From NCBI GenBank assembly GCA_034670305.1, contig JAXMNT010000007.1, positions 128,001 through 192,000 on the forward strand: a stretch of 64,000 bases of DNA, read 5' to 3'. Below the pieces are notes generated by a model that worked only from the letters and a program-made list of their open reading frames with translations, had not been told where the DNA came from and made no database searches. Origin of the DNA: Deltaproteobacteria bacterium. Its GTDB lineage: Bacteria; Myxococcota_A; Polyangia; Polyangiales; Houyiibacteriaceae. Positions 1-9,913 of the stretch are shown here, one piece after another. Within the stretch, counting starts at the first letter, position 1. Every line of letters starts with the position of its first letter. A program made the position numbers and the translations under genes.

Positions 1-2
1 TC

Positions 3-1232
3 GCCCCCGCGGCACTCGCGGGGCTGACCCGTCCTGCCGAAGAGTGGCGGGAAACGCGGCCCATCACGCTCACGGACCTCGAGATCGAATCGCTCGAAGT
101 GGTGCAAGGGCGTGTCACGCTCCGCGTCGCGCTCGACGAAGGCGCCTGGCAGTTCACGCGAACGAACGGTGGACGGCCGTCCGGCTCCGGCGACGTGGAC
201 GACGAAGCCCTCGCCGCGTGGCTCCAAGAGTTGCGCCGCGCTCGGTCCACGGCGTTCGTGGACGCGAACAACCTCTCCGTCTACGGCCTGGACTCCCCGA
301 CGGGCGTACTCACCATCGTCGACCAGGAGGGTGGGTCGCACCGCGTCGCGGTGGGTGCGGTCTCGGCCGAGGGCCTGTACGTGCGCCGGGACGACGAGCC
401 GCAGATCCTCGTTCTCCCAGAGACCGCTGAAGGGCTCTTCGAACCGAGGGCGAGCCGGCTCCGCAACGTGCAGGTGCTCGACGAAGCACCCGGTGCCATC
501 GGCGCGATCGAAATCGCCTGGCCGGACGCACGCGACACACTGACCCGCGCCGACGACGGCTGGACCCGCAGCGGACCGGTGCCTGTGGCCTCCGACGAAG
601 TAGATGGCCTCGCCCGGGCGCTGGCACGGCTTCGGGTGGAACGTTTCGAAGGCGATGCGCCCGAACCGCGGTTCGGCCTCGACGCACCACGGGCCCGAGT
701 TCAATTCACCCTCGGCGATGCGCTCTTGGTCGGAGCACCTGCCGGCGACGACGGCGATGCGTTCGGTCAACTCGAAGGCGACGCGTCGGTGTTCGTGCTC
801 TCGGCGCCGCTCGTCGACCGCGTGCTCGGGCCGCTGGTGCCAGACGACGTCTTGGCCACCGGCATCCTTTACCTCGATTCGCTCACCATCGAAGGGGAGG
901 GACGTCGGATCGAACTTCGCCACGACGGACGGGTCTTCTCGAACGACGACGGCCCACTCGAGGCGGACGCCAGCGAACGGCTGGGGGACGCCATCGAACG
1001 CCTCCGGATTCGCGGCGCGTCCGGGCTCGGCGCAGCAGCATCCGCCGAGCCCCGTCTGCGGGTCATCGTCCAGCGCGGAAACGAGAGCGACCCCCCACGT
1101 CGGTACGAGATCCTGGTGGGACCGCCGACCGGCTCGGCCGACGAGACGGAAGTCCGCCGATCGGACCTCCCGGTCACACTCCGAGTGCGCGAGTCCGACC
1201 TGGCCCCATTCTTCGAAGTCGTCCGGCGGTAG
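3..1232 (+). CDS. DUF4340-like repeat protein, 5'-truncated by window edge
   Basis: Frame open from base 3 (ORF track starts at 99). Repeated 'YGLDSP..LTI' / 'FGLDAPRARV..L.VG' units are typical of DUF4340. Confidence 0.65.
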   Translation, partial: APAALAGLTRPAEEWRETRPITLTDLEIESLEVVQGRVTLRVALDEGAWQFTRTNGGRPSGSGDVDDEALAAWLQELRRARSTAFVDANNLSVYGLDSPTGVLTIVDQEGGSHRVAVGAVSAEGLYVRRDDEPQILVLPETAEGLFEPRASRLRNVQVLDEAPGAIGAIEIAWPDARDTLTRADDGWTRSGPVPVASDEVDGLARALARLRVERFEGDAPEPRFGLDAPRARVQFTLGDALLVGAPAGDDGDAFGQLEGDASVFVLSAPLVDRVLGPLVPDDVLATGILYLDSLTIEGEGRRIELRHDGRVFSNDDGPLEADASERLGDAIERLRIRGASGLGAAASAEPRLRVIVQRGNESDPPRRYEILVGPPTGSADETEVRRSDLPVTLRVRESDLAPFFEVVRR

Positions 1233-1366
1233 TTGGGGGTATGGGCGGTCGCCCACGGGGCGCATCGCCACATCTGTCGGTTTCACCCCTGAGCTTTGGC
1301 CTTGCAATGTTGGGTCCAGCCCTCGGAGCAGCAGGCAAAAGATGAGTGATTTCAGGTCGAGTTGTG

Positions 1367-1381
1367 TGGCACGCTCGTTGC
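1367..1381 (+). promoter_or_regulatory. sigma54 (-24/-12) promoter
   Basis: TGGCACG-CTCG-TTGC matches TGGCACG-N4-TTGC, 16 bp upstream of GTG at 1398. Confidence 0.75.
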
Positions 1382-1397
1382 GAATGCCCTTCGCGCC

Positions 1398-1766
1398 GTG
1401 GCCCAGCGAATCCTCATTGTCGACGACGAAGAGAACCAGAGACGCACTCTGGCGATCGGCCTCCGTCTGGAAGAATTTGAAGTCTCGGAGGCGGCCGATG
1501 GGGAGACCGCGCTCGTCGCGCTGGACGCCGAGGAGATCCACGTCGCCATCGTGGATCTGATGATGCCGGGCATGAACGGACTCGACCTGGCGCGCCGGAT
1601 TCGCCGCCACCACCCGGATGTCCAGGTCCTCCTGACCAGCGCGTACCACCTCTCGGAGCGCCAACTCGCCCGCGCCGACGTGGGTGCGATCGGCTTCGTG
1701 CCGAAGCCTTTTCATCTGGCCGAGCTCGTCGGCTTCATCCGCCAGAAGCGCGACAGCCGTCCCTGA
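1398..1766 (+). CDS. single-domain response regulator (receiver)
   Basis: ILIVDDE, 'VDLMMPGMNG' phospho-Asp, 'LLTSA', 'FVPKPF'. Start moved to GTG 1398 because the ORF-track start (1362) overlaps the sigma54 site. Confidence 0.9.
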   Translation: MAQRILIVDDEENQRRTLAIGLRLEEFEVSEAADGETALVALDAEEIHVAIVDLMMPGMNGLDLARRIRRHHPDVQVLLTSAYHLSERQLARADVGAIGFVPKPFHLAELVGFIRQKRDSRP

Positions 1767-1810
1767 CCCGGGGTCTGTGTCCGGACCGCCCAAGCGGGAC
1801 GCACCAGTTT

Positions 1811-2806
1811 TTGGATGCGGGGATCGAAGCACCGTACGCTCGGGCGGTGCGCATCGGAGACATGTTGGTGGCCGCAGGTCTCGTCACCGAGCCGCAGGTC
1901 GCCGAAGCGCTCGCCTCTCAGAAGTCGAGCGGGCGCCGACTCGGCGAAGCGTTGGTGGAACTCGGCTACATCGAGGAACTGCAACTCACGCAGGTGCTCT
2001 CGAACCAGCTCGCGATTCCCTGGGTGTCGCTGCACCGAGTCGAGTTCAGCCGAGAGCTGCTCACGCTGATCCCAGGCCGCGTCGCCGACGAACACGGCTG
2101 CATCCCCATCTACAAGCGGATCGTTCGCAAGGCTGGGGAGACGCTCTTCGTGGCGATGGAGGACCCGACGAGCGAGCACTCGCTCGCGGCGATCGCGGAG
2201 GTCGTCGGCATGCCGATCAAACCGATGGTGGCGCCTCCCACCGACATTCGAAACGCGATCCGCGCGTACTACTTTGGTCAGGCACCCCGCCCACCGACCA
2301 AGCGGGCGACCCGGCACCCAGCATCGCCGGACATCGAGATCGAAGTGGTCCTCCCCTCCGATCCGCCGACGCCGTCGGAGGCCTCGGTGGAGCCTGGTTC
2401 GATCCACCCCGGTTCGAACCGCCCCGGCTCGATTCCGGTGTCGGTCCCGCCGGGATCCATTCCTCCCGACCCAAACCAACCGGAGCCGGCGGTCGTCGCT
2501 GCGCCGGTGCGGAAGAAGAAGGTCGCCAAGCTCGTCACGCTCACCTTGCTCGATGGCACCACGGTCCGGCTCCCCGCGCCTCGCGCGTCGGACGACGAAG
2601 AGGAAGACGCACCCACCACGCTGACCGCCAACGACCTGGTCGCGGCTCTTCTCGCCAGGGCTCAGGGCGCCGACGTGGACGACGTCTTGCCGGACGCCCG
2701 CTGGGAGGCGCTCTTCGGCACCTTGCTCTCTCTGTTGATGCGCAAGGGGCTCATCGCGGACTGGGAGTTCGTCGAGGCTTGGAAGAAAAACCGCGCGTCG
2801 GGCTGA
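1811..2806 (+). CDS. MshEN (GspE/PilB N-terminal) domain protein without ATPase; putative c-di-GMP receptor
   Basis: Tandem RIGDMLVAAGLVTEPQVAEALASQ / RLGEALVELGYIEELQLTQVLSNQ motifs, then a T2SSE_N-like segment and Pro-rich linker. No Walker A. Confidence 0.8.
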   Translation: MDAGIEAPYARAVRIGDMLVAAGLVTEPQVAEALASQKSSGRRLGEALVELGYIEELQLTQVLSNQLAIPWVSLHRVEFSRELLTLIPGRVADEHGCIPIYKRIVRKAGETLFVAMEDPTSEHSLAAIAEVVGMPIKPMVAPPTDIRNAIRAYYFGQAPRPPTKRATRHPASPDIEIEVVLPSDPPTPSEASVEPGSIHPGSNRPGSIPVSVPPGSIPPDPNQPEPAVVAAPVRKKKVAKLVTLTLLDGTTVRLPAPRASDDEEEDAPTTLTANDLVAALLARAQGADVDDVLPDARWEALFGTLLSLLMRKGLIADWEFVEAWKKNRASG

Positions 2807-2838
2807 CGCCCCGCCAACCGCGCGTAGAGTAGGGCGCC

Positions 2839-3111
2839 GTGTTCGTTCGATTCCTCTTCAAGAATGCGCTGGCCATGATCGGCCTGGCGGTTTTCCTCTA
2901 CGTCTTCTTCTTCGTCCCGCTCGGAGAACGCACCGCGTTCCAGCACGCCCGCCGCATCGCCGGCACCGACGAAGCGCAGGAACTCGGCCGTGAGGCAGGC
3001 GAAGCGGCCGGTCGACTCGGCGAGCACCTCCAAGAAGAGATCCAGACCCACGTGATCGAAGATGCCGGCACCCCCGACGCTGGTCCGCTGGCGGCGGAAG
3101 AACTCGACTGA
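2839..3111 (+). CDS. small membrane-anchored hypothetical protein
   Basis: N-terminal hydrophobic helix; stop overlaps the next ATG (TGATG). Confidence 0.65.
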   Translation: MFVRFLFKNALAMIGLAVFLYVFFFVPLGERTAFQHARRIAGTDEAQELGREAGEAAGRLGEHLQEEIQTHVIEDAGTPDAGPLAAEELD

Positions 3112-3944
3112 TGCCGGAGCTGCCGGAAGTCGAACACGCGCGCGGCCTGCTCGAGTCGCGGTTGGTGGGCCGCCGCATCCAAGACGCCCATGTCGCCGAG
3201 GACGACATCGTCTTCGAAGGCAAGACCCCGAAAGAGGTTCGGGCGAAACTGGTCGGCCGCACGATCCTCAGCGCCGAACGGCACGGCAAGGTGCACTGGC
3301 TCACGCTCGACACGGCACCGCATCCGGTCTTCCGCCTGGGCATGACCGGCGGCTGGCGGTTCGAAGGCGACGAGCCGATGCCACTCGACGCCAGCGCTGC
3401 GGCGGTCGATCGTACTTGGCCGCCGAAGTTCACCAAGCTGCGCATCGTCGTCGACGATGGAGAGATGGCGTTGACCAACGCGCGCCGACTCGGCCGCGTG
3501 TTGCTGCGCGCGTCCGTGCGCGACGAGCCCCCGGTGTCGGAACTCGGCTTCGACCCCTTCGCGTCGATGCCGAGTCCAGCAGCGTTCGTCGCGCAGACCA
3601 AAGGCCGGCGTGGGAACGTCAAAGCACTCTTGATGGACCAGTCGTTCTCCGCGGGTGTCGGCAACTGGATCGCGGACGAGGTGCTGTACCAAGCCGCGAT
3701 CGATCCGCGCCGCAAGGTGGACGCGCTCTCCCCCGAAGAACTCCTCCGGCTTCGTGCCCAGCTGGAAGCCATCGTGCGGCTCGCCGTGGAGGTCGACGCC
3801 CGCAAGGAGCTGTTCCCGAAGGGCTGGCTCTTCCACCGGCGCTGGGGGAAGAAGCCCGCCGCGAAGACGCTCGACGGCGAAGTCATCGAACGCATCAAAG
3901 TCGCCGGTCGCACCACCGCCTGGGTCCCCACCCGCCAGCACTGA
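3111..3944 (+). CDS. mutM: Fpg/Nei-family DNA glycosylase, zinc-less finger type
   Basis: N-terminal PELPEVE, 'RHGK', H2TH 'LLMDQS..AGVGNWIADEVLY'. The C-terminus 'GRTTAWVP' has no Cys. Confidence 0.9.
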   Translation: MPELPEVEHARGLLESRLVGRRIQDAHVAEDDIVFEGKTPKEVRAKLVGRTILSAERHGKVHWLTLDTAPHPVFRLGMTGGWRFEGDEPMPLDASAAAVDRTWPPKFTKLRIVVDDGEMALTNARRLGRVLLRASVRDEPPVSELGFDPFASMPSPAAFVAQTKGRRGNVKALLMDQSFSAGVGNWIADEVLYQAAIDPRRKVDALSPEELLRLRAQLEAIVRLAVEVDARKELFPKGWLFHRRWGKKPAAKTLDGEVIERIKVAGRTTAWVPTRQH

Positions 3945-3984
3945 CGCGAGGCGCGTGGTCGGTGCGAAGGTGGTACCGTCGCGC

Positions 3985-5400
3985 ATGGCTGCGACCATCC
4001 TCGTCGTCGACGACGAGAAGAACATTCGACGCACGTTGCGCATGGTTCTCGAAGGCGCGGGCTTCGGCGTGCGCGACGCTGGTTCCGCCGAAGACGGGTT
4101 GAAAGAACTCGAGGCCGGAGACATCGATCTGGTCATGCTCGATGTGCGTTTGCCGAAGATGAGCGGACTGGACGCGCTGCGCCGCATCCGCGAACGGCCC
4201 GAGACCCGCGCGCTTCCGGTGCTGATGATCAGCGGGCACGCCTCGGTGGCAGAAGCCGTTCAGGCCGTGCAGATCGGGGCGACGGACTTCTTCGAGAAGC
4301 CGCTCGACCGCGACCGCGTGCTCGTCAGCGTGCGCAACGCACTGCAGACCTGGCAACTGCAGCGCGAGGTGGAACAGCTGCGTGCCAACGCGGAGTTGCG
4401 CTACGAGATGATCGGCGAGAGCCCGGTCATGCGGCGGCTCTTCGCGGAGCTCGAGAAGGTCGCGCCCACGAGTGGCCGAGTCCTGATCACGGGCGAGAGC
4501 GGCACCGGCAAGGAACTGATCGCGCGCGCGGTGCATCGACTCAGCCAGCGCAAGGACAACAAGTTCGTGAAGGTGAACTGCGCGGCCATCCCCGCGGAGC
4601 TGATCGAGAGCGAACTGTTCGGATACGAACGGGGCGCATTCACCGGCGCCCAGCAACGCCGCAAAGGCATGTTCGAGCTCGCGGACAAGGGCACGCTCTT
4701 CCTCGACGAGATAGGCGACATGAGCGCGTCCGCCCAGGCCAAAGTCCTCCGCGCACTCCAGAGCGGAGAGATCACGCGCGTCGGTTCGGAAGCTTCCATC
4801 GCGGTCGACGTGCGGGTGCTGGCAGCCACCAACAAAGATCTCGAGCTCGAGGTGAACGAAGGGCGGTTCCGCGAGGACCTCTACTTCCGCCTCAACGTCG
4901 TCCCTCTCCGGACGCCGCCGCTGCGCGACCGGCCTCAGGACGTGCCGGTGCTGGCGCAGAGTTTCCTGCGCGGCTTCTGTCAGGAGAACGGGCTCCGGGA
5001 GAAACCCATCGACGCCGACGTGCTCGAAGCACTCTCGCAACGGACGTGGCCCGGGAACGTTCGGGAGCTGAAGAACGTCGTGGAACGCATGGCCATTCTC
5101 AGTGGAGACCGCATCACCCTCGACGACCTCCCAGACGAAGGTCGACTCGGCGCCGCCATCTCCGCGAAGGCCGCGGTGCCTCAGGACAACCTCCCGTCCA
5201 CCCTCGACACCAAGGGCACGAAGATGACGCTGCGCGAGTACCGGGAGTACGCCGAGCGCGAGTACATCCTCGCGACCCTCGACGAGACCGGATGGAACAT
5301 CTCCCGCGCGGCGGTGAAGCTCGGCGTGGAGCGCACGAACTTGCACAAGAAGATGCGGACCTACGGGATCAAACGCGAGTCGCACCAGTCCGAGGACTGA
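3985..5400 (+). CDS. sigma54-dependent response regulator (NtrC/NtrX family: REC-AAA+-Fis HTH)
   Basis: Receiver ILVVDDE, GESGTGKE, GAFTGA, LFLDEIGD, WPGNVREL, C-terminal HTH. ATG at 3985. Confidence 0.95.
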   Translation: MAATILVVDDEKNIRRTLRMVLEGAGFGVRDAGSAEDGLKELEAGDIDLVMLDVRLPKMSGLDALRRIRERPETRALPVLMISGHASVAEAVQAVQIGATDFFEKPLDRDRVLVSVRNALQTWQLQREVEQLRANAELRYEMIGESPVMRRLFAELEKVAPTSGRVLITGESGTGKELIARAVHRLSQRKDNKFVKVNCAAIPAELIESELFGYERGAFTGAQQRRKGMFELADKGTLFLDEIGDMSASAQAKVLRALQSGEITRVGSEASIAVDVRVLAATNKDLELEVNEGRFREDLYFRLNVVPLRTPPLRDRPQDVPVLAQSFLRGFCQENGLREKPIDADVLEALSQRTWPGNVRELKNVVERMAILSGDRITLDDLPDEGRLGAAISAKAAVPQDNLPSTLDTKGTKMTLREYREYAEREYILATLDETGWNISRAAVKLGVERTNLHKKMRTYGIKRESHQSED

Positions 5401-5437
5401 CGTGCCGGTCGCGGGTCCGGTCCGCGTTCGGCCGCCC

Positions 5438-6340
5438 TCAGCCGCCCAGGAGGCGGCGCAGCACCGCGTCCATGCGCGGCTGCAGCCGAAGTCCCGCCGC
5501 TTTGATCGCCGCCGCGAGCGCGCCTTCGAAGGAGGCGTGCAGTCGCGCCTCGTCGACCCCGAGTTCGCGAAGTACGGGGCCCCAGCCATCGACCGCGTCC
5601 GTCACGCCCGAGACGTGGTGGGATGCGCCCATCAGTGTCGCGGCCGACGCCACTTCTAGAATGGCCGCGGCGCGCGAGCGGTGCGGATCGAACAGGCGCG
5701 AGATGTCCACCACGCAGGCCTTCGCCTCGGCGGCGAACATGGTTCGACCGAAGACGCGGGCCCGTTCCACGAGGACGGCCGGCTCATGCGCGCCGGCGAG
5801 GATCAACGCCACACACCCGGGGGCGAGTTCCAACGTCGGCATCGCCGTGGCCGCGCGGGTCCGCAGCACTTGTTCGGTGCGCTCTTCGCGCCCGCGCACG
5901 TAGCCTTCCCAGCAGGTCGCGGTGAGGCGCAGCCGCATCGCCTCGGAGAGCACGAGCTCCAGCGATCGCGCTTCGCCTGTTTCCCGCAGGGCATCGGCCA
6001 GTGTCGGCACCAAACACGTCAACGCAGAGGGCGTCGCGCCCAGCGTCGCCGCGCGGCGACCCAGCAGATGGATCATCGCGAGCCCCTCGTGGTGTTCGAG
6101 TGAGGTCTCGTCGTCCTGGGTGTGGAGGGTGAGCGCGAGCCGCAACGCGTCGGCGGCCGGCCGAGCCTCCGTACTCAGCTCGGTGCCGAGCGCCCGGTCC
6201 TCGTCGAAGGAGACGCGCTCCGACCAGAGCGTGCGGAAGACGCCCGCCACCTCTTCAGAGATCGCCGCGGCCTCGAGCTCGGCCTGATCTTCCCCCGGTG
6301 GGGTCTCGGCCCATGCGCCGTCTGGATCCAGGTCGCCCAC
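5438..6340 (-). CDS. RsbR-like protein with degenerate C-terminal STAS domain
   Basis: 'MPTLELAPGCVALILAG...VVDISRL...AATLMGA..VSGV' resembles RsbR STAS, preceded by a helical domain. Confidence 0.55.
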   Translation of the reverse strand: MGDLDPDGAWAETPPGEDQAELEAAAISEEVAGVFRTLWSERVSFDEDRALGTELSTEARPAADALRLALTLHTQDDETSLEHHEGLAMIHLLGRRAATLGATPSALTCLVPTLADALRETGEARSLELVLSEAMRLRLTATCWEGYVRGREERTEQVLRTRAATAMPTLELAPGCVALILAGAHEPAVLVERARVFGRTMFAAEAKACVVDISRLFDPHRSRAAAILEVASAATLMGASHHVSGVTDAVDGWGPVLRELGVDEARLHASFEGALAAAIKAAGLRLQPRMDAVLRRLLGG

Positions 6341-6349
6341 CGCGGAGGC

Positions 6350-7495
6350 TCAGCGCGCCACGAGCGCGTCGTGGAGCGCCCGAACCGCCGCGTCGACGTC
6401 GGCTTCCTTCAGGACGGCCGCGACCTGCAGTGGGGCGACCTCGAGCTGCTGGATCTCGAACCGATGCGCTTCGAGGACCTTCGAGAAGGGCGCGGCCAGC
6501 GACGAGCCCCGACCGATCGCGGTCACCGCGGCGTGCCCTTCCACCACTTCGGTTCCGGCCGGCAGCTTCTTCACGCGGGCGGTCCAATCGGGGATCGAGG
6601 CATCCACGAACGCGATGGTACCGGTGTCGGTCGAGCGCGACATCCGCGGCTCGAGTCCGGCTTCCGAAAGGGCCGCGAGTTGGTCGGCCGTCGTGCCAGG
6701 CAGCCCGCTGATGCGCGCGAGGTTCTTGCGCCCCACGACGGCCCGCGCGGCTTCTGAGACTGGACCATCCCGCACACAGGTCTCGCGGCCCGAGTCCGAG
6801 AAGGTGGACCGGGCTCGAATCGTGATGCCACTGCGCCGCGCGAACTCGACCGCGGCGGCGTGCAGCACCTTGGCGCCCGCCTCGGCCATCTCCTGCATCT
6901 CGTCGTAGGACAACTCGGCCAGATGCATCGCGTTCGGCACCACCCGCGGGTCGGCGGAGTAGACTCCGTCCACGTCGGAGTAGATCTCCGCGTGCGCCGC
7001 CCCGAGCGCCGCGGCCATCGCCAGTGCCGTCGTGTCGCTGCCACCGCGACCGAGCGTGGTGATCTCCCGCTTGTAACTCATGCCCTGAAACCCAGCGATG
7101 ATGACCACCTTGCCCCGGGCGAGCTCGTCCTCGATCCGGTGAGGGCGGACATCGATGATGCGTGCATCGAAGTGCCGGTCGTTGGTGATGATGCCGCTCT
7201 GCGACCCGGTGAACGAGATGGCGTCCGCACCTCGTTTCTGAATGGCCATCGAGAGCAGCGCCATGGTGATGCGCTCGCCGGTGGAGACGAGCATGTCGAG
7301 TTCCCGGCGCGGCGGTGATTCATCCACCTGCCGCGCAAGCCCGAGCAACTCATCGGTGGTCTTGCCCATCGCCGAGACCACCACCACCACGTCGTGCCCT
7401 TCCGCGCGGGTTGCGAGCACCTTGTCGGCGACGCGCCCCAGCTTGTCGACGTCCGCGACGGAACTTCCCCCGTACTTCTGAACGACGATCGGCAC
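6350..7495 (-). CDS. lysC: aspartate kinase
   Basis: [49 protein letters not shown] start at 7495 (the upstream part of the 850-aa ORF is spurious). Confidence 0.95.
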   Translation of the reverse strand: MPIVVQKYGGSSVADVDKLGRVADKVLATRAEGHDVVVVVSAMGKTTDELLGLARQVDESPPRRELDMLVSTGERITMALLSMAIQKRGADAISFTGSQSGIITNDRHFDARIIDVRPHRIEDELARGKVVIIAGFQGMSYKREITTLGRGGSDTTALAMAAALGAAHAEIYSDVDGVYSADPRVVPNAMHLAELSYDEMQEMAEAGAKVLHAAAVEFARRSGITIRARSTFSDSGRETCVRDGPVSEAARAVVGRKNLARISGLPGTTADQLAALSEAGLEPRMSRSTDTGTIAFVDASIPDWTARVKKLPAGTEVVEGHAAVTAIGRGSSLAAPFSKVLEAHRFEIQQLEVAPLQVAAVLKEADVDAAVRALHDALVAR

Positions 7496-7563
7496 CCCTT
7501 CTCGATAGACCACCGATCCGGCGAGCGCGAGTTTCCGGCACACGATTCTGCCCTGGGCGGGGC

Positions 7564-8877
7564 TCAGTAGGCTTCTTGCGTTTCGGCGGCGCTCGGCGAG
7601 TCGTGCGACTGGCGCTGCGCGCGGTTGATCGTGTTCTGCCGGCGCGCAGCCCGCTCGATGGTGTCGAGCCGAGTCAGCTCCCGCCGCGCGGCCGCCGAGG
7701 TGCTGTTGTAGCCAGCAGCGCGGTGCAGATGGGCACGTGCTTCGCTGTAGCGGCCGACCCGCCGGTAACAGTCCGCGGCCTCGATCAACGCCTGCGGCAA
7801 GAGGCCGTACGCGGGGTACCGCTGGAAGAGCCGCTCGTAGTGGTTCACGGCCGCAGCGCACGCACCGCGCTGTCGGTGGCTGCGCGCGAGGTGATGCTGC
7901 GCGCTGGGCAGCAACTCCCGGTTGACGCCTGGACGTCCGATGACCCGTTCGAACTCCGCCGCCGCTTCGACGTACTGACCGCCGCGGTATCGGTTCATCG
8001 CTTCTTCGTACTCGGTGCCCTGGTTCTCGAGCGGCTCGAGGGTGTTCTCGGCGTTCTGCGCCGGCACCTGGGGCTCGCTCTCGGCTTGTTCTCCCAGTCG
8101 CCAACCATCCACATCGACTTGCGCGGCCTCGGCCTGGGCTTGCTGGCGCGCGACCGCACGCATCTGACTCTGCGCCTGTGCGTTCTGGGTGACCCGTGGA
8201 TCGGTGACGACTTCGGTCTCCAGCTGAAGCCGCTGCTGCTGCGGCTGTTGCACCTCCGGTCCGCGCTCGATGCGCGCGGTGGCGTTGCGGGTCGTCCGGA
8301 CCGGGCCGGTCTCCTCGGTCTCGGTCTCGGTGGGGAGGTCGAGGGCCACTTCCGGCTCGACCTCCGGCTCGACCTCGGGCGCGTCCCCCTCGAGTCGCTC
8401 GGTTTCCGGCGCCACCTGCGCCGTCGTCTCGGGGTCGGCCGTCAACCGTTCGGTGCGCGTCGCGAGATCCACCTCGGAGCCCCCTTCGCCCGGCAGCACC
8501 CACACGGTCATGCCCACCGCCAACATCACCCCGGCAGCGGCGAGCTGGGGTCCGTACGCAAACCCCTGGACCCAGGCCACCACGGCCGCCCACCAACCCG
8601 GTCCCACGCTCGCGGGCTCCGGTTCGGCCGCCCGCGCTTGCACCACGCCTTCGGCGCCCACCTTCTGACGCGCCGCGGCCAACACCGACGACATCATGTC
8701 CGCCGGCGGCGTCACCATCGGCAACTGCGCCACCAGGCGATGGGTTCGCTCGAGCTCTTGGAAGCGCGCGCCACAGTGCGGGCACGCGTCGACCTGCGCC
8801 CGCAGCGTCTTCGCCGTGGGTCCATCCAGCTCCCCCGCCACAAGATCGAGGAGCCGATCGTCGTGTTCGCACGCCAT
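7564..8877 (-). CDS. anti-sigma factor (N-terminal zinc-finger-like CxxC, TM helix, C-terminal TPR)
   Basis: N-terminal 'C...LLD...GEL......V..CPHC', a central TM segment and a periplasmic TPR/BamD-like repeat. Coupled to the ECF sigma gene. Confidence 0.8.
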   Translation of the reverse strand: MACEHDDRLLDLVAGELDGPTAKTLRAQVDACPHCGARFQELERTHRLVAQLPMVTPPADMMSSVLAAARQKVGAEGVVQARAAEPEPASVGPGWWAAVVAWVQGFAYGPQLAAAGVMLAVGMTVWVLPGEGGSEVDLATRTERLTADPETTAQVAPETERLEGDAPEVEPEVEPEVALDLPTETETEETGPVRTTRNATARIERGPEVQQPQQQRLQLETEVVTDPRVTQNAQAQSQMRAVARQQAQAEAAQVDVDGWRLGEQAESEPQVPAQNAENTLEPLENQGTEYEEAMNRYRGGQYVEAAAEFERVIGRPGVNRELLPSAQHHLARSHRQRGACAAAVNHYERLFQRYPAYGLLPQALIEAADCYRRVGRYSEARAHLHRAAGYNSTSAAARRELTRLDTIERAARRQNTINRAQRQSHDSPSAAETQEAY

Positions 8878-9482
8878 CAGCCGACTTCCTCAGCGTAGTC
8901 ACGGAACTCCTCGAGTGCCGCCTGCAGCCGCTCGAGCGCGTAGCGCATCCGGCTCTTCACGGTGTTCTCGGGAACGCCCACGATTTCCGCGATCTCTTTG
9001 AACGGAAGGTGCTGGATCTGTCGCATCAGAAACACCTCCTTCTGGTCTTCGGGCAGATTCTCGACCGCTTCTGCGATCGCGCCTTGCAGCTCTTGGCCAA
9101 TCGCATCGCGGTCGGCGCCAAGCGTCTTCGACCGGACCCGGTCCACGAGCGCGCCGCTCTCCCCCTCCCGCAGGGGCTCATCCAGGGACTTGTGGCGGCG
9201 GAACACCATCTTCCGGCCGTGGTCGATGCAGACATTGCGGGCGATCGTGTACAGCCAGGTGCTGAATTTGCTCTGCCCACGGAACTGCTCGGACCGCTGA
9301 ACCACCTTGAGGAACACGTCCTGCGTGAGGTCCCGCGCCCGGTCCCGATCCCGGACGGATCGAAGCACGAAGTTGTAGATGGGTCGCTCGTAGCGCGACA
9401 CAATCGATTCGAAAGCCTGGACATCACCTTGGTTGAACCTGTCGAGGAGCTCCTCGTCCGTGGGCTGGGCGACCGCGCTCAT
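8877..9482 (-). CDS. ECF RNA polymerase sigma factor
   Basis: Region 2 '[10 protein letters not shown]...[15 protein letters not shown]' and region 4 '[20 protein letters not shown]'. Confidence 0.95.
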   Translation of the reverse strand: MSAVAQPTDEELLDRFNQGDVQAFESIVSRYERPIYNFVLRSVRDRDRARDLTQDVFLKVVQRSEQFRGQSKFSTWLYTIARNVCIDHGRKMVFRRHKSLDEPLREGESGALVDRVRSKTLGADRDAIGQELQGAIAEAVENLPEDQKEVFLMRQIQHLPFKEIAEIVGVPENTVKSRMRYALERLQAALEEFRDYAEEVG

Positions 9483-9780
9483 CGCCGGCTCGGTCGCGGT
9501 AAAGAAGGGTGGCGATGCAGGTACAGACGGGCCGGAGGACGAATCGATCTATCGGATCCGCCGCCCAGCCAGAGCCGCGCGGACCAGAAATCTTGGGCCC
9601 TCGGCAGTCCTTCGCCGATGGCCAGGCTCCGCTGCACGCCGCGCGCAACGGGGTTTTCGGCGCGGGTCCAGAGCGGCAGAGGCATCGCGCCGGGATGATA
9701 CCCGCGGCACCGGTCCTGACCAGCCCCCGCCGCGCCGCATCTCCCCGGACATGCGAGGGAATCGCGGACTCAGGCACGCG

Positions 9781-9809
9781 TTGACCCCCTATCATGGCGT
9801 TGGTATAAG
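9781..9809 (+). promoter_or_regulatory. putative sigma70 promoter of the Glt-like operon
   Basis: TTGACC-N17-TATAAG with TG at the extended -10 position. Confidence 0.55.
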
Positions 9810-9913
9810 CCGGGGGCTGTTGCTGGGGATTGCTTTGCTGAGCCATCGAGGGCAGGCAAAATCACTGGGAACCGGAAGCTTACGGGGACATCGTCCCGAC
9901 GAGAGGGGAAGAG

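Noticed and set aside
7496-8902. Apparent long N-terminal extension of aspartate kinase (850-aa ORF)
   Set aside because: It overlaps the anti-sigma gene in another frame; the kinase begins at '[10 protein letters not shown]' (GTG 7495).
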